Source of the DNA: Candidatus Aldehydirespirator sp.
Lineage (GTDB): Bacteria; Actinomycetota; Acidimicrobiia; Acidimicrobiales; Aldehydirespiratoraceae
DNA length: 64,000 bases
Direction: 5' to 3'
Assembly: GCA_965205155.1 (NCBI GenBank)
Contig: OZ242033.1
Span: forward strand, 84,688-148,687
Shown here: piece after piece, positions 32,629 to 41,077 of the stretch
Layout: each line of letters opens with the position of its first letter
How positions within the stretch are numbered: the stretch's first letter is position 1
The notes under the pieces: model-generated
The model's database searches: none
Told to the model about the DNA's origin: nothing
The model's input: the letters and a program-made list of their open reading frames with translations, nothing else
Made by a program: the position numbers and the translations under genes

Positions 32629-34217
32629 CCTGCGCTTCCGGTTGCCTCTGCGCTTGCGGGCGCGTCCGGTTGGGCCTGTCGGGCGGCGGGCCGCGCCGCG
32701 GCCATTGTCTCATAGAGGCGCCGGTAGAGCACCAGCTTGGCCCGGTACCCGCCGGCCCGGGCCTCGTCGGGCTCGAACCGGGCCGCCATGGGCATGGTCA
32801 CCGCCCTGTCGACGGCCTCGATGGCGGAGCCCGCGATCAGGGCCGCTCCCACTGCGGCTGCATAGGAACTGGCCGACGACTCGACCGGGACCCCGAGAAC
32901 GTCGGCGAAGATCTGCATCCACGGAGCCGACCGGGACCCGCCGCCGGCGGCCCGCAGCGCAGCGACCGGTTCGACCGCCTCTGAGAGCCGCTCGGCCATC
33001 ACGGCCGTCTCCAGGGCGACCCCCTCGAGCAGGGCCCTGACCAGTTGGCGGCGGTCGGTGTCGAACGTCAGACCGGCCATGACGGCCAGGGAATCCGGGT
33101 CGGAGAACCCGGCCCTGGACCCGGCGAAGTGGGGAACGACGATCGCGGTGGTCTCGACGGCGGCCGCGGCCGACACGATGGTGTCGTAGAAGTCGGCGCC
33201 CGCGGCCTCAGCCCGCTCGGCGTCGGCCCTGCCCAGCACGTCGCGGTACCAGCGCAGGACCGCTCCGCCGGCCGGTGCCCCCGCCACGGTGAGCGACCGG
33301 CCCTCGACGACGTGGGGGCCGGTGGGCACCGCTAGCGGCCGGGGCCGGCCCCCGGCCAGCACTACGGCCAGCACCGCCACCGTTCCCAGCGACAGCAGGG
33401 CCTCGCCGGTCCCTACGGCGCCTACCGCGTGGGCGGCGCAGGCCTGGTCCAGCCCGCCCGCCACCAGCGTGGCGCCGGGGGCGAGTCCGAGATCGGCGCA
33501 ATGCCGGCGGGGGATCGTGCCGATGACGGTTCCCGACGGCGCCGTTGCCGGCAGCTTGGCCTCGTCGATGCCGGCGGCTTGGAGGATGCCGGGGTCCCAG
33601 CTCCGGCCGGCCTGGTCGAAGGCGAGGGTCCTGGTCGCCATGGTGTGGTCCATGACCGGTTCGAGGCCGAGCCGGGCCGCCACCAGGTCGCCGTAGCACA
33701 CCAGCTTGGCCGCGGCCCGGTAGGTGCCGGGTGCCTCGCGGGCGAGCCAGCTCCATTTGGCCGCGGAGTAGTGGGGCATGGGCGCCAGGCCGGTGATCCT
33801 CTCGAAGCTGTCGCGGCCGATCTGCTCGACGAGGCGGTCGTGGCAGGCGGCGGCGCGGCGGTCGAACGACACGATCGAGGGCCCCAGCGGTCGACCGCGG
33901 CCGTCGATGGGCGTCACCGCCTCGCCCAGGCAGGACACGGCCATGGCCCGGGGCGGTCCGACGCCGGCCGAGGTCGTGACACCGATGGCCGAGGTCGTGT
34001 CACCTCCGGCCGAGGTCGTGACACCGATGGCCGAGGTCGTCTCACGGATGGCCGAGCACGCCGCCTCCCACACCACGTCGGGATCGAGCTCGGCCCAGCC
34101 CGGCCGGGGGGTGATCAACGGGTACTCGCGGTAGGCGCAGGCGACCGGGGCACCGTCGGTGGAGACGACGGCCGCCTTGCAGCCGGTGGTGCCGATGTCA
34201 ACGCCGAGCAGCGTCAT
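32625..34217 (-). CDS. FGGY family carbohydrate kinase
   Basis: VDIGTTGCK, SFDRR, GGLDQ, SLGT, GGGSRS. Confidence 0.9.
   Translation of the reverse strand: MTLLGVDIGTTGCKAAVVSTDGAPVACAYREYPLITPRPGWAELDPDVVWEAACSAIRETTSAIGVTTSAGGDTTSAIGVTTSAGVGPPRAMAVSCLGEAVTPIDGRGRPLGPSIVSFDRRAAACHDRLVEQIGRDSFERITGLAPMPHYSAAKWSWLAREAPGTYRAAAKLVCYGDLVAARLGLEPVMDHTMATRTLAFDQAGRSWDPGILQAAGIDEAKLPATAPSGTVIGTIPRRHCADLGLAPGATLVAGGLDQACAAHAVGAVGTGEALLSLGTVAVLAVVLAGGRPRPLAVPTGPHVVEGRSLTVAGAPAGGAVLRWYRDVLGRADAERAEAAGADFYDTIVSAAAAVETTAIVVPHFAGSRAGFSDPDSLAVMAGLTFDTDRRQLVRALLEGVALETAVMAERLSEAVEPVAALRAAGGGSRSAPWMQIFADVLGVPVESSASSYAAAVGAALIAGSAIEAVDRAVTMPMAARFEPDEARAGGYRAKLVLYRRLYETMAAARPAARQAQPDAPASAEATGSAG
33966..34040 (-). 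repeat. 21-bp in-frame repeat x4 (TTSAIGV/TTSAGGD) inside the FGGY kinase
   Basis: ggccgaggtcgt core at 33966, 33987, 34008 and 34029. Confidence 0.9.
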
Positions 34218-34250
34218 GGGGTGTGAGCGACGCCGGGCCGCGTCACCGGG

Positions 34251-34889
34251 TCAGGCCACGACCATCTTGGCGTCGACATACTCCAGCGTCTGGGGCTCGC
34301 CCACCTGGAGGGCCAGCAGCATCACCTCAGCGTTGAACTCGATGCCGATGGAGCGTTCGGCAGCCTGCTCGACGGTGTCGGCCACCACCAGCAGGCCGTG
34401 GTTCTGCCATACGACGCCATGGCGGTCGCCCATGATCTCGAGCATCTCCCGGGCGAACTCCGCGCCCCGGGTCTTGCGGAACGGCATGATCGGCACGGTG
34501 CCGTTGGCCGACTTCAGGCCGGTGGTCGTCACCGGCAGTATGTCTCGGCCCAATGCGCCGAAGGCGTTGATGTAGGGGGGCTCGGTGTGGAGCACCGAGA
34601 AGACGTCGGGACGCTCCGCGTAGACGGTGAGATGCACCTCGGCGTCGTAGGAGGGGTCGAGGCGACCGGCCATCTTGTGCCCGTCGGCGTGCAGGATCAC
34701 CAGGTCGTCGGCCGTCATGTCCTCGTACGGGTAGGCGTGGGGGGTGATGACGATGTGGCCGGTCTGGCGGTCTCGGGCGCTGAAGTTCCCCTGGTAGGCG
34801 GGCACCATCGGAGTGTCCGAGAGGCGCCTCATGGTGACGGCCAGGCTGTCCATCAGGTCCGCGGAGACCAGTCCGTTGTCTGTGCTCAT
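34251..34889 (-). CDS. Class II aldolase/adducin family protein
   Basis: QGNFSAR, ITP, PSYDAEVH, VLHTEP, WQNHG. Confidence 0.82.
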   Translation of the reverse strand: MSTDNGLVSADLMDSLAVTMRRLSDTPMVPAYQGNFSARDRQTGHIVITPHAYPYEDMTADDLVILHADGHKMAGRLDPSYDAEVHLTVYAERPDVFSVLHTEPPYINAFGALGRDILPVTTTGLKSANGTVPIMPFRKTRGAEFAREMLEIMGDRHGVVWQNHGLLVVADTVEQAAERSIGIEFNAEVMLLALQVGEPQTLEYVDAKMVVA

Positions 34890-34997
34890 CCCATCTCCTG
34901 ACGTTCGGTGGGCCCGGCGGGCGGCTGGAAACAAGCTACAACATCGCTCAGGCCCGGTTCTCCAGCGGCCCGGGGCCGGCCCCTTTGCCTCCGGCGT

Positions 34998-35016
34998 GAT
35001 GTATGAGGTATACATC
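34998..35016. promoter_or_regulatory. Palindromic operator candidate GATGTAT-N5-ATACATC
   Basis: Perfect 7-bp inverted repeat in a divergent intergenic region; second copy at 39734-39752. Confidence 0.7.
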
Positions 35017-35077
35017 GCAACCGGAGGCCCCGGACCCGCCCGGCGGCCTCATCCCGACGCCACAGGGGGACCAACCA

Positions 35078-35690
35078 ATGCGCAGAGTGGACGCCGAAGT
35101 AGTCGACGCCTACCTCGACCCTGATCGCTGCTGCAACCAGGGCAGCATCGTGAAGCTCCAGAACGGCGACCTGCTGCTGGGCTACAACGAGGAGCGGGGC
35201 CCGATGCACGCCGACACCGGCCGGTCGTGCCTGATCAAGTCGTCCGATGGGGGCAGGAGCTGGGATCCGAGCACCCGGGTGGTGGTGGAGGACTACACCG
35301 AGCACACCGGCAACTGGGACTGCGCCTTCGCCCAGATCAGCGACGGCACCATCATCATGCACACCCGCATCTGCGGCTTCATCAACGCCCCCGGAGCCAT
35401 CGCCAACCGCATCGACGAGCAGGCGATGGGCTACGTCCAGGCCCACCAGACCGGCTATGCGGTCTACAAGTCCACCGACGACGGCGACACGTGGAACGGC
35501 CCGATCCCGGTGAGCACCTACCCGATCGCGGACTCGGGCACGGCGGGATGCCTGGCCGGCGGAACCGGATCGGGCCATGTGGTGGAGCTTCCCGACGGGG
35601 GGCTGCACGATCGTGACCGCCTACCACGAGTACACCAAGGACGAGTGGCCCATCCAGTACATGCAGACGGCCCGCTTCCGGCTCGACTGA
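35078..35690 (+). pseudogene. BNR/Asp-box (sialidase-like) beta-propeller protein, internally deleted and frameshifted
   Basis: Asp-boxes SSDGGRSW and STDDGDTW. After ELPDGG at a G6 run (35597-35602) a plausible C-terminus CTIVTAYHEY...FRLD* continues in another frame. Confidence 0.7.
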
Positions 35691-35770
35691 GGTTCTCGCC
35701 CTGTCCTCATCGTCGGAACGGCGCGTGAGCGCGAAACGGGTTGTGAGCGCCCGCGGTGCGGCGTTGCGTT

Positions 35771-35819
35771 TCCCGCTCTTGTTCGCTTCGCTCACGGGCC
35801 GCTCGGGCCACGGCCTCGC
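35771..35819. repeat. Dispersed 49-bp intergenic element, copy 2
   Basis: Matches 20858-20906 with 2 mismatches. Confidence 0.85.
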
Positions 35820-35829
35820 TTGACGCCCC

Positions 35830-36828
35830 GTGAAGTCACGTCGTGATCTGCACCGGTCCGCTCGGCCTCTGGGGCTGCTCGTCGCCGTGGACGCCTTCGG
35901 CGACGGCCACATCCAGGCCCTGTGCGAGGCCGCCGGGGATCGGGCGGTCTGTGACCGGCTCGGCCAGGACGCCCCCGCCGGCGAGTACCGGCGGGCGATG
36001 GCCGTAGCCGAGGTCATGGTCGGCTGGCCCGACCCCGATGTGCTGGCGGCTAGTGCGCTCGAGTTGCTGCTGCTGCCCAGCGCGGGCTACGAGGAGTACC
36101 TGACCCCGGAGTTGGCCGCCAGGGAGGGGCTGGTGGTGTGCAACGCGGGTGGGGCCTACTCCGAGGGGGTGGCCGAGCACTGCGTGGCCATGATGCTGGC
36201 GCTGGTACGCCGCCTGCCCGAATACATCACGGCCATGCCCCGGCGCGGCTGGGACCATCGGCACCTGCACGACCGGTTGTCGGGCTCGACCGCGTGCGTG
36301 ATCGGGCTGGGGACCCTGGGGTCGGCCATTGCCCGGCGGTGCGCGGCGCTGGGCATGCGGGTGGTGGGCGTGCGCCGGCATCCGGACCGGCCCAGCCCGA
36401 ACGTGTCGGAGGTGTTCGGGCCTGAGGCGCTCGCCGCCGCGGTGGCCGGAGCCGACCATGTGGTGGGGGCACTGCCGGGCGGGGCGGCCACCAGAGGGCT
36501 GATCAGCCGGGAGGTGATCGCGGCCATGAAGCCGGGCGCCTATTTCTGCAACGTCGGCCGGGGGCTGTCGGTCGACGAGGAGGCCCTGGTGGAGCGGCTG
36601 GCCGGCGGGAGCCTGGCCGGGGCGGGTCTCGACGTGTTCGCCACCGAGCCGCTGCCGGATGACAGCCCGCTGTGGAGCATGGAGAATGTGATCGTGACCC
36701 CGCACGTGGCCGGCTACACCTGGGACTACCCCGACGAGCTGTGCAAGGTGTTCGCGGTCAACCTGGCCGCCTACGCGGCCGGCGAGCCGCCGCCCAACGT
36801 CATCGACCTGTCGGGGGCGGGATCCTGA
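35830..36828 (+). CDS. D-2-hydroxyacid dehydrogenase
   Basis: GLGTLG, NVGRG, LDVFATEPL and TPHVAG. Confidence 0.9.
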   Translation: MKSRRDLHRSARPLGLLVAVDAFGDGHIQALCEAAGDRAVCDRLGQDAPAGEYRRAMAVAEVMVGWPDPDVLAASALELLLLPSAGYEEYLTPELAAREGLVVCNAGGAYSEGVAEHCVAMMLALVRRLPEYITAMPRRGWDHRHLHDRLSGSTACVIGLGTLGSAIARRCAALGMRVVGVRRHPDRPSPNVSEVFGPEALAAAVAGADHVVGALPGGAATRGLISREVIAAMKPGAYFCNVGRGLSVDEEALVERLAGGSLAGAGLDVFATEPLPDDSPLWSMENVIVTPHVAGYTWDYPDELCKVFAVNLAAYAAGEPPPNVIDLSGAGS

Positions 36829-36898
36829 GGGCGGCGGCGTGAGGGCGGCGGCGTGAGGGCGGTGCCGTGAAGGCGGGATCGTGAGGGGCGTGTCGTGA
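36827..36898 (+). repeat. Five degenerate 14-bp tandem units between the dehydrogenase and MR/MLE genes
   Basis: gagggcggcggcgt x2, gagggcggtgccgt, gaaggcgggatcgt, gaggggcgtgtcgt. Confidence 0.85.
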
Positions 36899-38019
36899 GG
36901 ATCACGGGGATGGTGACCCGGGTGCTGGCGCTGGACGCGCAGCCCTGGTACGGCGACAGCCCCATCCCCGACGACGTGCCCCCCGTCTGGCACTTCCCGC
37001 TCACCTGCGTCTCCACCGATGAGGGCATAGACGGCTACACGATGGGCTACGGCGCCAACGGCGAGGGGATCGGCTCGGCCCACCAGCTCCACGACGTCTA
37101 CCTGCGGGCGATCCTGGGCCGCGACCCGCGGCGCCACGAGGAACTGTGGCACGAGCTCATGAGCCTCAACCGCCACCTGTACCCCATCAGCGACGGCCTG
37201 CTGGGCATGCTCGACGTGGCCTTCTGGGACATCAAGGGCAAGGCCGCCGGCGTGCCCATCGCCGAGCTGTTGGGGATGGTCCGCACCGAGGTTCCCGCCT
37301 ACCGGACCGGTTCGCACTGGAACCTGACCCCCGCCGACACCTTCGCCGAGGCGGCGGCCATGAAGCAGCAGGGCTACCGGGGCTACAAGCTGACCCTGTA
37401 CGACGGCCCGGCCGCCGACATCCCCCGGGCCGAGGCCGCCCGGGAGGCGGTGGGCGACGACTTCCCGCTGATGCTGGACGCGGTGGCCGAGTACAGCTTC
37501 GACCAGGCTCTGGAGGTGGGCGAGGCGCTGGGCCGTCTCGGTTACCGATGGTTCGAGGAGCCCGTCCCGGACCGCGACATCGCCGCGCTGGAGCAGCTGA
37601 CCCGCCGGCTGGAGGTGCCCATCCTGGCCACCGAGACCGTCAGCCTGGGGGAACTGCACCAGTTCCTGGAGCGCCGGGCTATCGACATGGCTCGGGGCGA
37701 CGTGTTCATCAAGGCGGGCATCACCGGCCTGCGCAAGGCGTCGGCCATGTGCGACGAGGCCGGCATGAACCTGGAGATCCACGCCCTGCACTCGTCGCTG
37801 CTCGACATCGCCAACCTGCACGTGGCCTGCTCGGTGAGCAACTGCGAGTTCTTCGAGCTGCACCACCCGATGTTCCGCTTCGCCCTCAAGGGCGCCCCCC
37901 TCGACATCGACGCCAACGGCTGCTTGCACCTGCCCCCCGGACCAGGCCTCGGGGTGGAGCTCGACTGGGACTGGATCGACAACAACACAGTCGTCGAACT
38001 CTCAGGGCTCAAGGTCTAA
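36895..38019 (+). CDS. Mandelate racemase/muconate lactonizing enzyme family (enolase superfamily) protein
   Basis: DVAFWDIKGK, GYKLT, metal ligands MLDA/FEEP/ATE, EIH, HLPPGPGLG. Confidence 0.88.
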   Translation: MRITGMVTRVLALDAQPWYGDSPIPDDVPPVWHFPLTCVSTDEGIDGYTMGYGANGEGIGSAHQLHDVYLRAILGRDPRRHEELWHELMSLNRHLYPISDGLLGMLDVAFWDIKGKAAGVPIAELLGMVRTEVPAYRTGSHWNLTPADTFAEAAAMKQQGYRGYKLTLYDGPAADIPRAEAAREAVGDDFPLMLDAVAEYSFDQALEVGEALGRLGYRWFEEPVPDRDIAALEQLTRRLEVPILATETVSLGELHQFLERRAIDMARGDVFIKAGITGLRKASAMCDEAGMNLEIHALHSSLLDIANLHVACSVSNCEFFELHHPMFRFALKGAPLDIDANGCLHLPPGPGLGVELDWDWIDNNTVVELSGLKV

Positions 38020-38025
38020 CGGCTC

Positions 38026-38406
38026 TCAGCGGTCGGGTCGCTCCAGCCACCATACGAACGACTCGACATCGTCGAGAATGGCGCCGCGCACCGCGAGGAA
38101 CGCGGCGAGCGCATCGGCGAGCACGGGCACACTGTTCTGCGCGGAGCGAGGGAACCGGCGGGCATGGCCAAAAATCAGTCCGGAGTGTCGCTGCCTCGCG
38201 GCCAGGATGTGCCGATGAAGCGCCGCGAAGTGCTTCACATTCTCGGTGACAACCGCTCTGCCTTCGGCTGTCGCAACCCGAAGCAGGTCCTCGTCAGGCA
38301 TCCCGATGAGGTCTGATCGCTCCTTGACGGCGACGGCGTCGTGCCCCCAGTCACGCAGCAGGGCCGCGACCGCGGGAGCGTGCATCTCGTCGAGGAGGAG
38401 CTTCAC
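38026..38406 (-). CDS. DUF5615 PIN-like toxin (VapC45-like)
   Basis: MKLLLDEM and RAVVTENVKHF; directly downstream of the antitoxin gene. Confidence 0.8.
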   Translation of the reverse strand: MKLLLDEMHAPAVAALLRDWGHDAVAVKERSDLIGMPDEDLLRVATAEGRAVVTENVKHFAALHRHILAARQRHSGLIFGHARRFPRSAQNSVPVLADALAAFLAVRGAILDDVESFVWWLERPDR

Positions 38407-38825
38407 CCGGTCAGCAGCTTGCGCTCGTTCTCCCAGGCGGCCAACTCGCGGTCGGCGATCTCGTCGTTCTCTGCGATCTCGGCGTCGATCTCGTCGGTGA
38501 ACTCGGCGTAGTACCGGCTGACGGCGCGGACTTGCCTCTCGGTGAGCCAGAGCTGCTCAGCCGTGGCCGCGATCCGCTCCTCGAGGCTTCCCTCGAGACC
38601 CCGAAGCAGCGGGACGACCTCCCAAACGTCGGGCCCGGTGTCCAGCACGGCCCGCCGGCCGGCAGGCCCGTCGCGGAAGACGATTCCGGGATGGGCGTCC
38701 ATGCGCAGGCCCTCGTCGATTAGTCGCTCCCCCGCCGAAGAGATCGATTCGCCCCGCTGGGCCGCGCTCCGCTTGAGCCGCTCGTGGACACCCGGACGCT
38801 TGAACCGGATCGACAGCACAGTCAT
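38403..38825 (-). CDS. Cognate antitoxin (RHH-like N-terminus plus DUF433-like HTH)
   Basis: HPGIVFRDGPAGRRAVL..GPDVWEVV; leaderless ATG 6 nt after a TACAAT -10 element (38832-38837). Confidence 0.7.
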   Translation of the reverse strand: MTVLSIRFKRPGVHERLKRSAAQRGESISSAGERLIDEGLRMDAHPGIVFRDGPAGRRAVLDTGPDVWEVVPLLRGLEGSLEERIAATAEQLWLTERQVRAVSRYYAEFTDEIDAEIAENDEIADRELAAWENERKLLTG

Positions 38826-38990
38826 GGTGACATTGTAGTCAACTGTCACCGCTAAGGTGTCGTGAGGTCCGTAGTCCCGCGGTCCTCGTCGAGAACGTCG
38901 GCGGTGGTTCGCGGCGCGGGGAAGCGCTGAGCCGGCCCCAAACGTGTCCGGGACGCTGGTGTGATCCAGCCTTCCTCGATGCCCCGCTCG

Positions 38991-39038
38991 TCAGCCGTCG
39001 ACATCGTCAGCCGTCGACGCCGTCAGCCGTCGACGTCG
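38991..39038 (-). repeat. 16-bp x3 repeat duplicating the GntR stop codon
   Basis: tcagccgtcgacNNcg at 38991, 39007 and 39023. Confidence 0.9.
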
Positions 39039-39706
39039 TCCACGTCGTCCACCTTGATGAGAATGTGAGAACGGACAGCCTCCTCGCAGGCGTCCGGGTC
39101 GCGGCCCCGCAGCACGTCCAGGAACTCGACGTGGCGGAGCACCCACGACTTGAAGGCCACGTCGTCGAGGGGGTAGAGGTCGAACTCGAACGACCAGATG
39201 AGGTTGGACAGGCCGGCCATCGACCAGGTGCGGAGCAGGGCCTGGTTCCGGGCCGACTCGACCAGCAGCGTGTGCCAGGCGATGTCGAACTCGATACCGG
39301 CGACCGCGTCGAGGCCGTCGGAGGCCCGCCAGGCGTCCTGCAGCATGGCCTCGTACCGGCCGCAGAGCTCGTCCCATTCCTGGGTGGAGAGGCGCTCGAG
39401 GGCCTGGCGCACAGCAAGGACCTCGAGAGCCGCCCTGACGTGGAGCCCGTCCTCGGCCTCGGCCCGGTTCATGCTGGCCACGAAGGTCCCGTTCTTGGGT
39501 CGGATCTCGATGAGACCCTGCTGTTCGAGCAGCTTGAACGCTTCCCGGACGGGGGTGCGGCTCACTCCGAGCTGGTCGGCCAGCTCAGCTTCTGGGATCT
39601 TGTCGCCCGGCCGGAAGCGGCCTTCCACGATCGCGTTGCGGATCGCGTCGATGATCTGCTCGCTCAGGTTCTTTCGCGCTAGCGGCGCTAGTCGGGAAGG
39701 ACCCAC
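39023..39706 (-). CDS. GntR family (FCD) transcriptional regulator
   Basis: LSEQIIDAIRNAIVEG...LGVSRTPVREA...GTFV plus FCD with FDIAWH; start uncertain (GTG 39706). Confidence 0.85.
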   Translation of the reverse strand: MGPSRLAPLARKNLSEQIIDAIRNAIVEGRFRPGDKIPEAELADQLGVSRTPVREAFKLLEQQGLIEIRPKNGTFVASMNRAEAEDGLHVRAALEVLAVRQALERLSTQEWDELCGRYEAMLQDAWRASDGLDAVAGIEFDIAWHTLLVESARNQALLRTWSMAGLSNLIWSFEFDLYPLDDVAFKSWVLRHVEFLDVLRGRDPDACEEAVRSHILIKVDDVDDVDG

Positions 39707-39733
39707 CCGGTGTTGACCCCCCTGCCTCGGTTC

Positions 39734-39752
39734 GATGCATGATATATACATC
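39734..39752. promoter_or_regulatory. Palindromic operator candidate GATGCAT-N5-ATACATC upstream of gntR
   Basis: Near-identical to 34998-35016; lies in the divergent gntR/phyH region. Confidence 0.7.
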
Positions 39753-39811
39753 GCTGAAGGACTGGCCAAGCCGGGTGACGACGCACGGGGGCGGCCGCAC
39801 GGGGGTGGCGC

Positions 39812-40438
39812 ATGGTGCTCCTGCGGGTGGTCGGGCTGCTGCTGGGGGGCGAGGTCTCGGTGATCGCCAGCCCCTCGCTGCGCCAGAAGCTTCCCAGCAG
39901 CGCGGTCACGTCGTTCCCCTGGCACCAGGACAGCCACTACTTCGATCAGACCGAAGTGGGGAGGATGGAGAAGCACACCGAGGACCTGCACATGGTGTCC
40001 GTGTGGGTGCCGCTGGTGCCGGCCACGGTGGAGAACGGGTGCTGCTGGGTGATCCCGGGCAGCCACCGTTGGGGCCTGCTGGATGCGATGCGGGGCGAGG
40101 ACCGCAACGTCCGGATGAGCGAGGACGTCGAGGCCCGGGGCACGCCGGTGCCGGTACCGGTGAAGGTGGGCGGGGCCTTCTTCTTCACCAACCTCACCGT
40201 CCACGCCAGCAAGCAGAACACCACCCCGCACTGCCGCTGGAGCGTCGACTTCCGCTACATGCCCACCCCGTCCAGCCCCGTTCTGGACGACAGAGTGCGT
40301 ATGCAGGCAGAGTTCGTGGCGAACGGCTGCCTCTCCGCCGGTGACGTCCCGTTCGCGGTGCTGCCCGAGGCGGCCCGGCCCACATGGCCGCAGTGGGAGG
40401 CCACCGTCAGCGAGCACCGAGCGAGCATGATGGCGTGA
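39812..40438 (+). CDS. PhyH-family dioxygenase, apparently N-terminally truncated
   Basis: PWHQD, ENGCCWVIPGSH and VHASKQN...RWSVDFRY; lacks the usual N-terminal segment. Confidence 0.7.
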   Translation: MVLLRVVGLLLGGEVSVIASPSLRQKLPSSAVTSFPWHQDSHYFDQTEVGRMEKHTEDLHMVSVWVPLVPATVENGCCWVIPGSHRWGLLDAMRGEDRNVRMSEDVEARGTPVPVPVKVGGAFFFTNLTVHASKQNTTPHCRWSVDFRYMPTPSSPVLDDRVRMQAEFVANGCLSAGDVPFAVLPEAARPTWPQWEATVSEHRASMMA

Positions 40439-40575
40439 GGGCTCTGTCAGGGCTCTGTCGGGTCGGCGACGAATGGGACCACTCCCGCCGCCCGATCCTG
40501 TCGCCAACCTGAAAATCCACCCTCGTCATAGTTTTTTGGGTTGTTTCATGATTCGCAGCCCACTATGTTGTGATC

Positions 40576-41037
40576 ATGGACGGATCGCTGCTGCAACTCG
40601 TGCTGGCTGTCTTCACAGCCATGCTGCTGCAGACGTGGTACCTCCAGCGCGAGATCCGCAGATCGCGCGAGGAGTCGATGCGCCATACCGACCGGTCCTT
40701 CGACCGGCTGAGTGTGAGCCACGACCAACTCCGGACGGGCTTCCAGCGGAGCCACGACCAACTGCGGACCGACTTCGAGAAGAACCACGACCAACTCCGG
40801 ACGGACTTCCAGCGGAGCCACGACCAACTGCGGACCGACTTCGAGAAGAACCACGACCAGCTGCGGGCCGACTTCGCCGAGCACAAGGACATCACCGAGC
40901 GCAACCACCGCGAGACTCGGCGTCAGCTGACCAACCTCGCTGCGGGCCTAGGCGACGCCCGGGAGCGGCTGGCCCGCATCGAGGGCTACCTCCGCATCGG
41001 CCTGCCCGAACCACCCGAGGCCGCAGCCAGCGGATGA
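40576..41037 (+). CDS. Small membrane-anchored coiled-coil protein with 11-aa repeats
   Basis: N-terminal [10 protein letters not shown](QRS/EKN) x5, C-terminal [10 protein letters not shown]; leaderless start. Confidence 0.7.
   Translation: MDGSLLQLVLAVFTAMLLQTWYLQREIRRSREESMRHTDRSFDRLSVSHDQLRTGFQRSHDQLRTDFEKNHDQLRTDFQRSHDQLRTDFEKNHDQLRADFAEHKDITERNHRETRRQLTNLAAGLGDARERLARIEGYLRIGLPEPPEAAASG
40720..40884 (+). repeat. 33-bp x5 repeat with 66-bp higher-order period
   Basis: Units 2 and 4 are identical; units 1 and 3 differ by one base. Confidence 0.9.
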
Positions 41038-41077
41038 GCAGACGCAGGCTATACACCTAGATGTGTGTGATGGTGTG

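Noticed and set aside
39023-40507. 494-aa ORF as a large GntR fusion
   Set aside because: The upstream part is antisense to the phyH gene; GntR homology begins near 39700.
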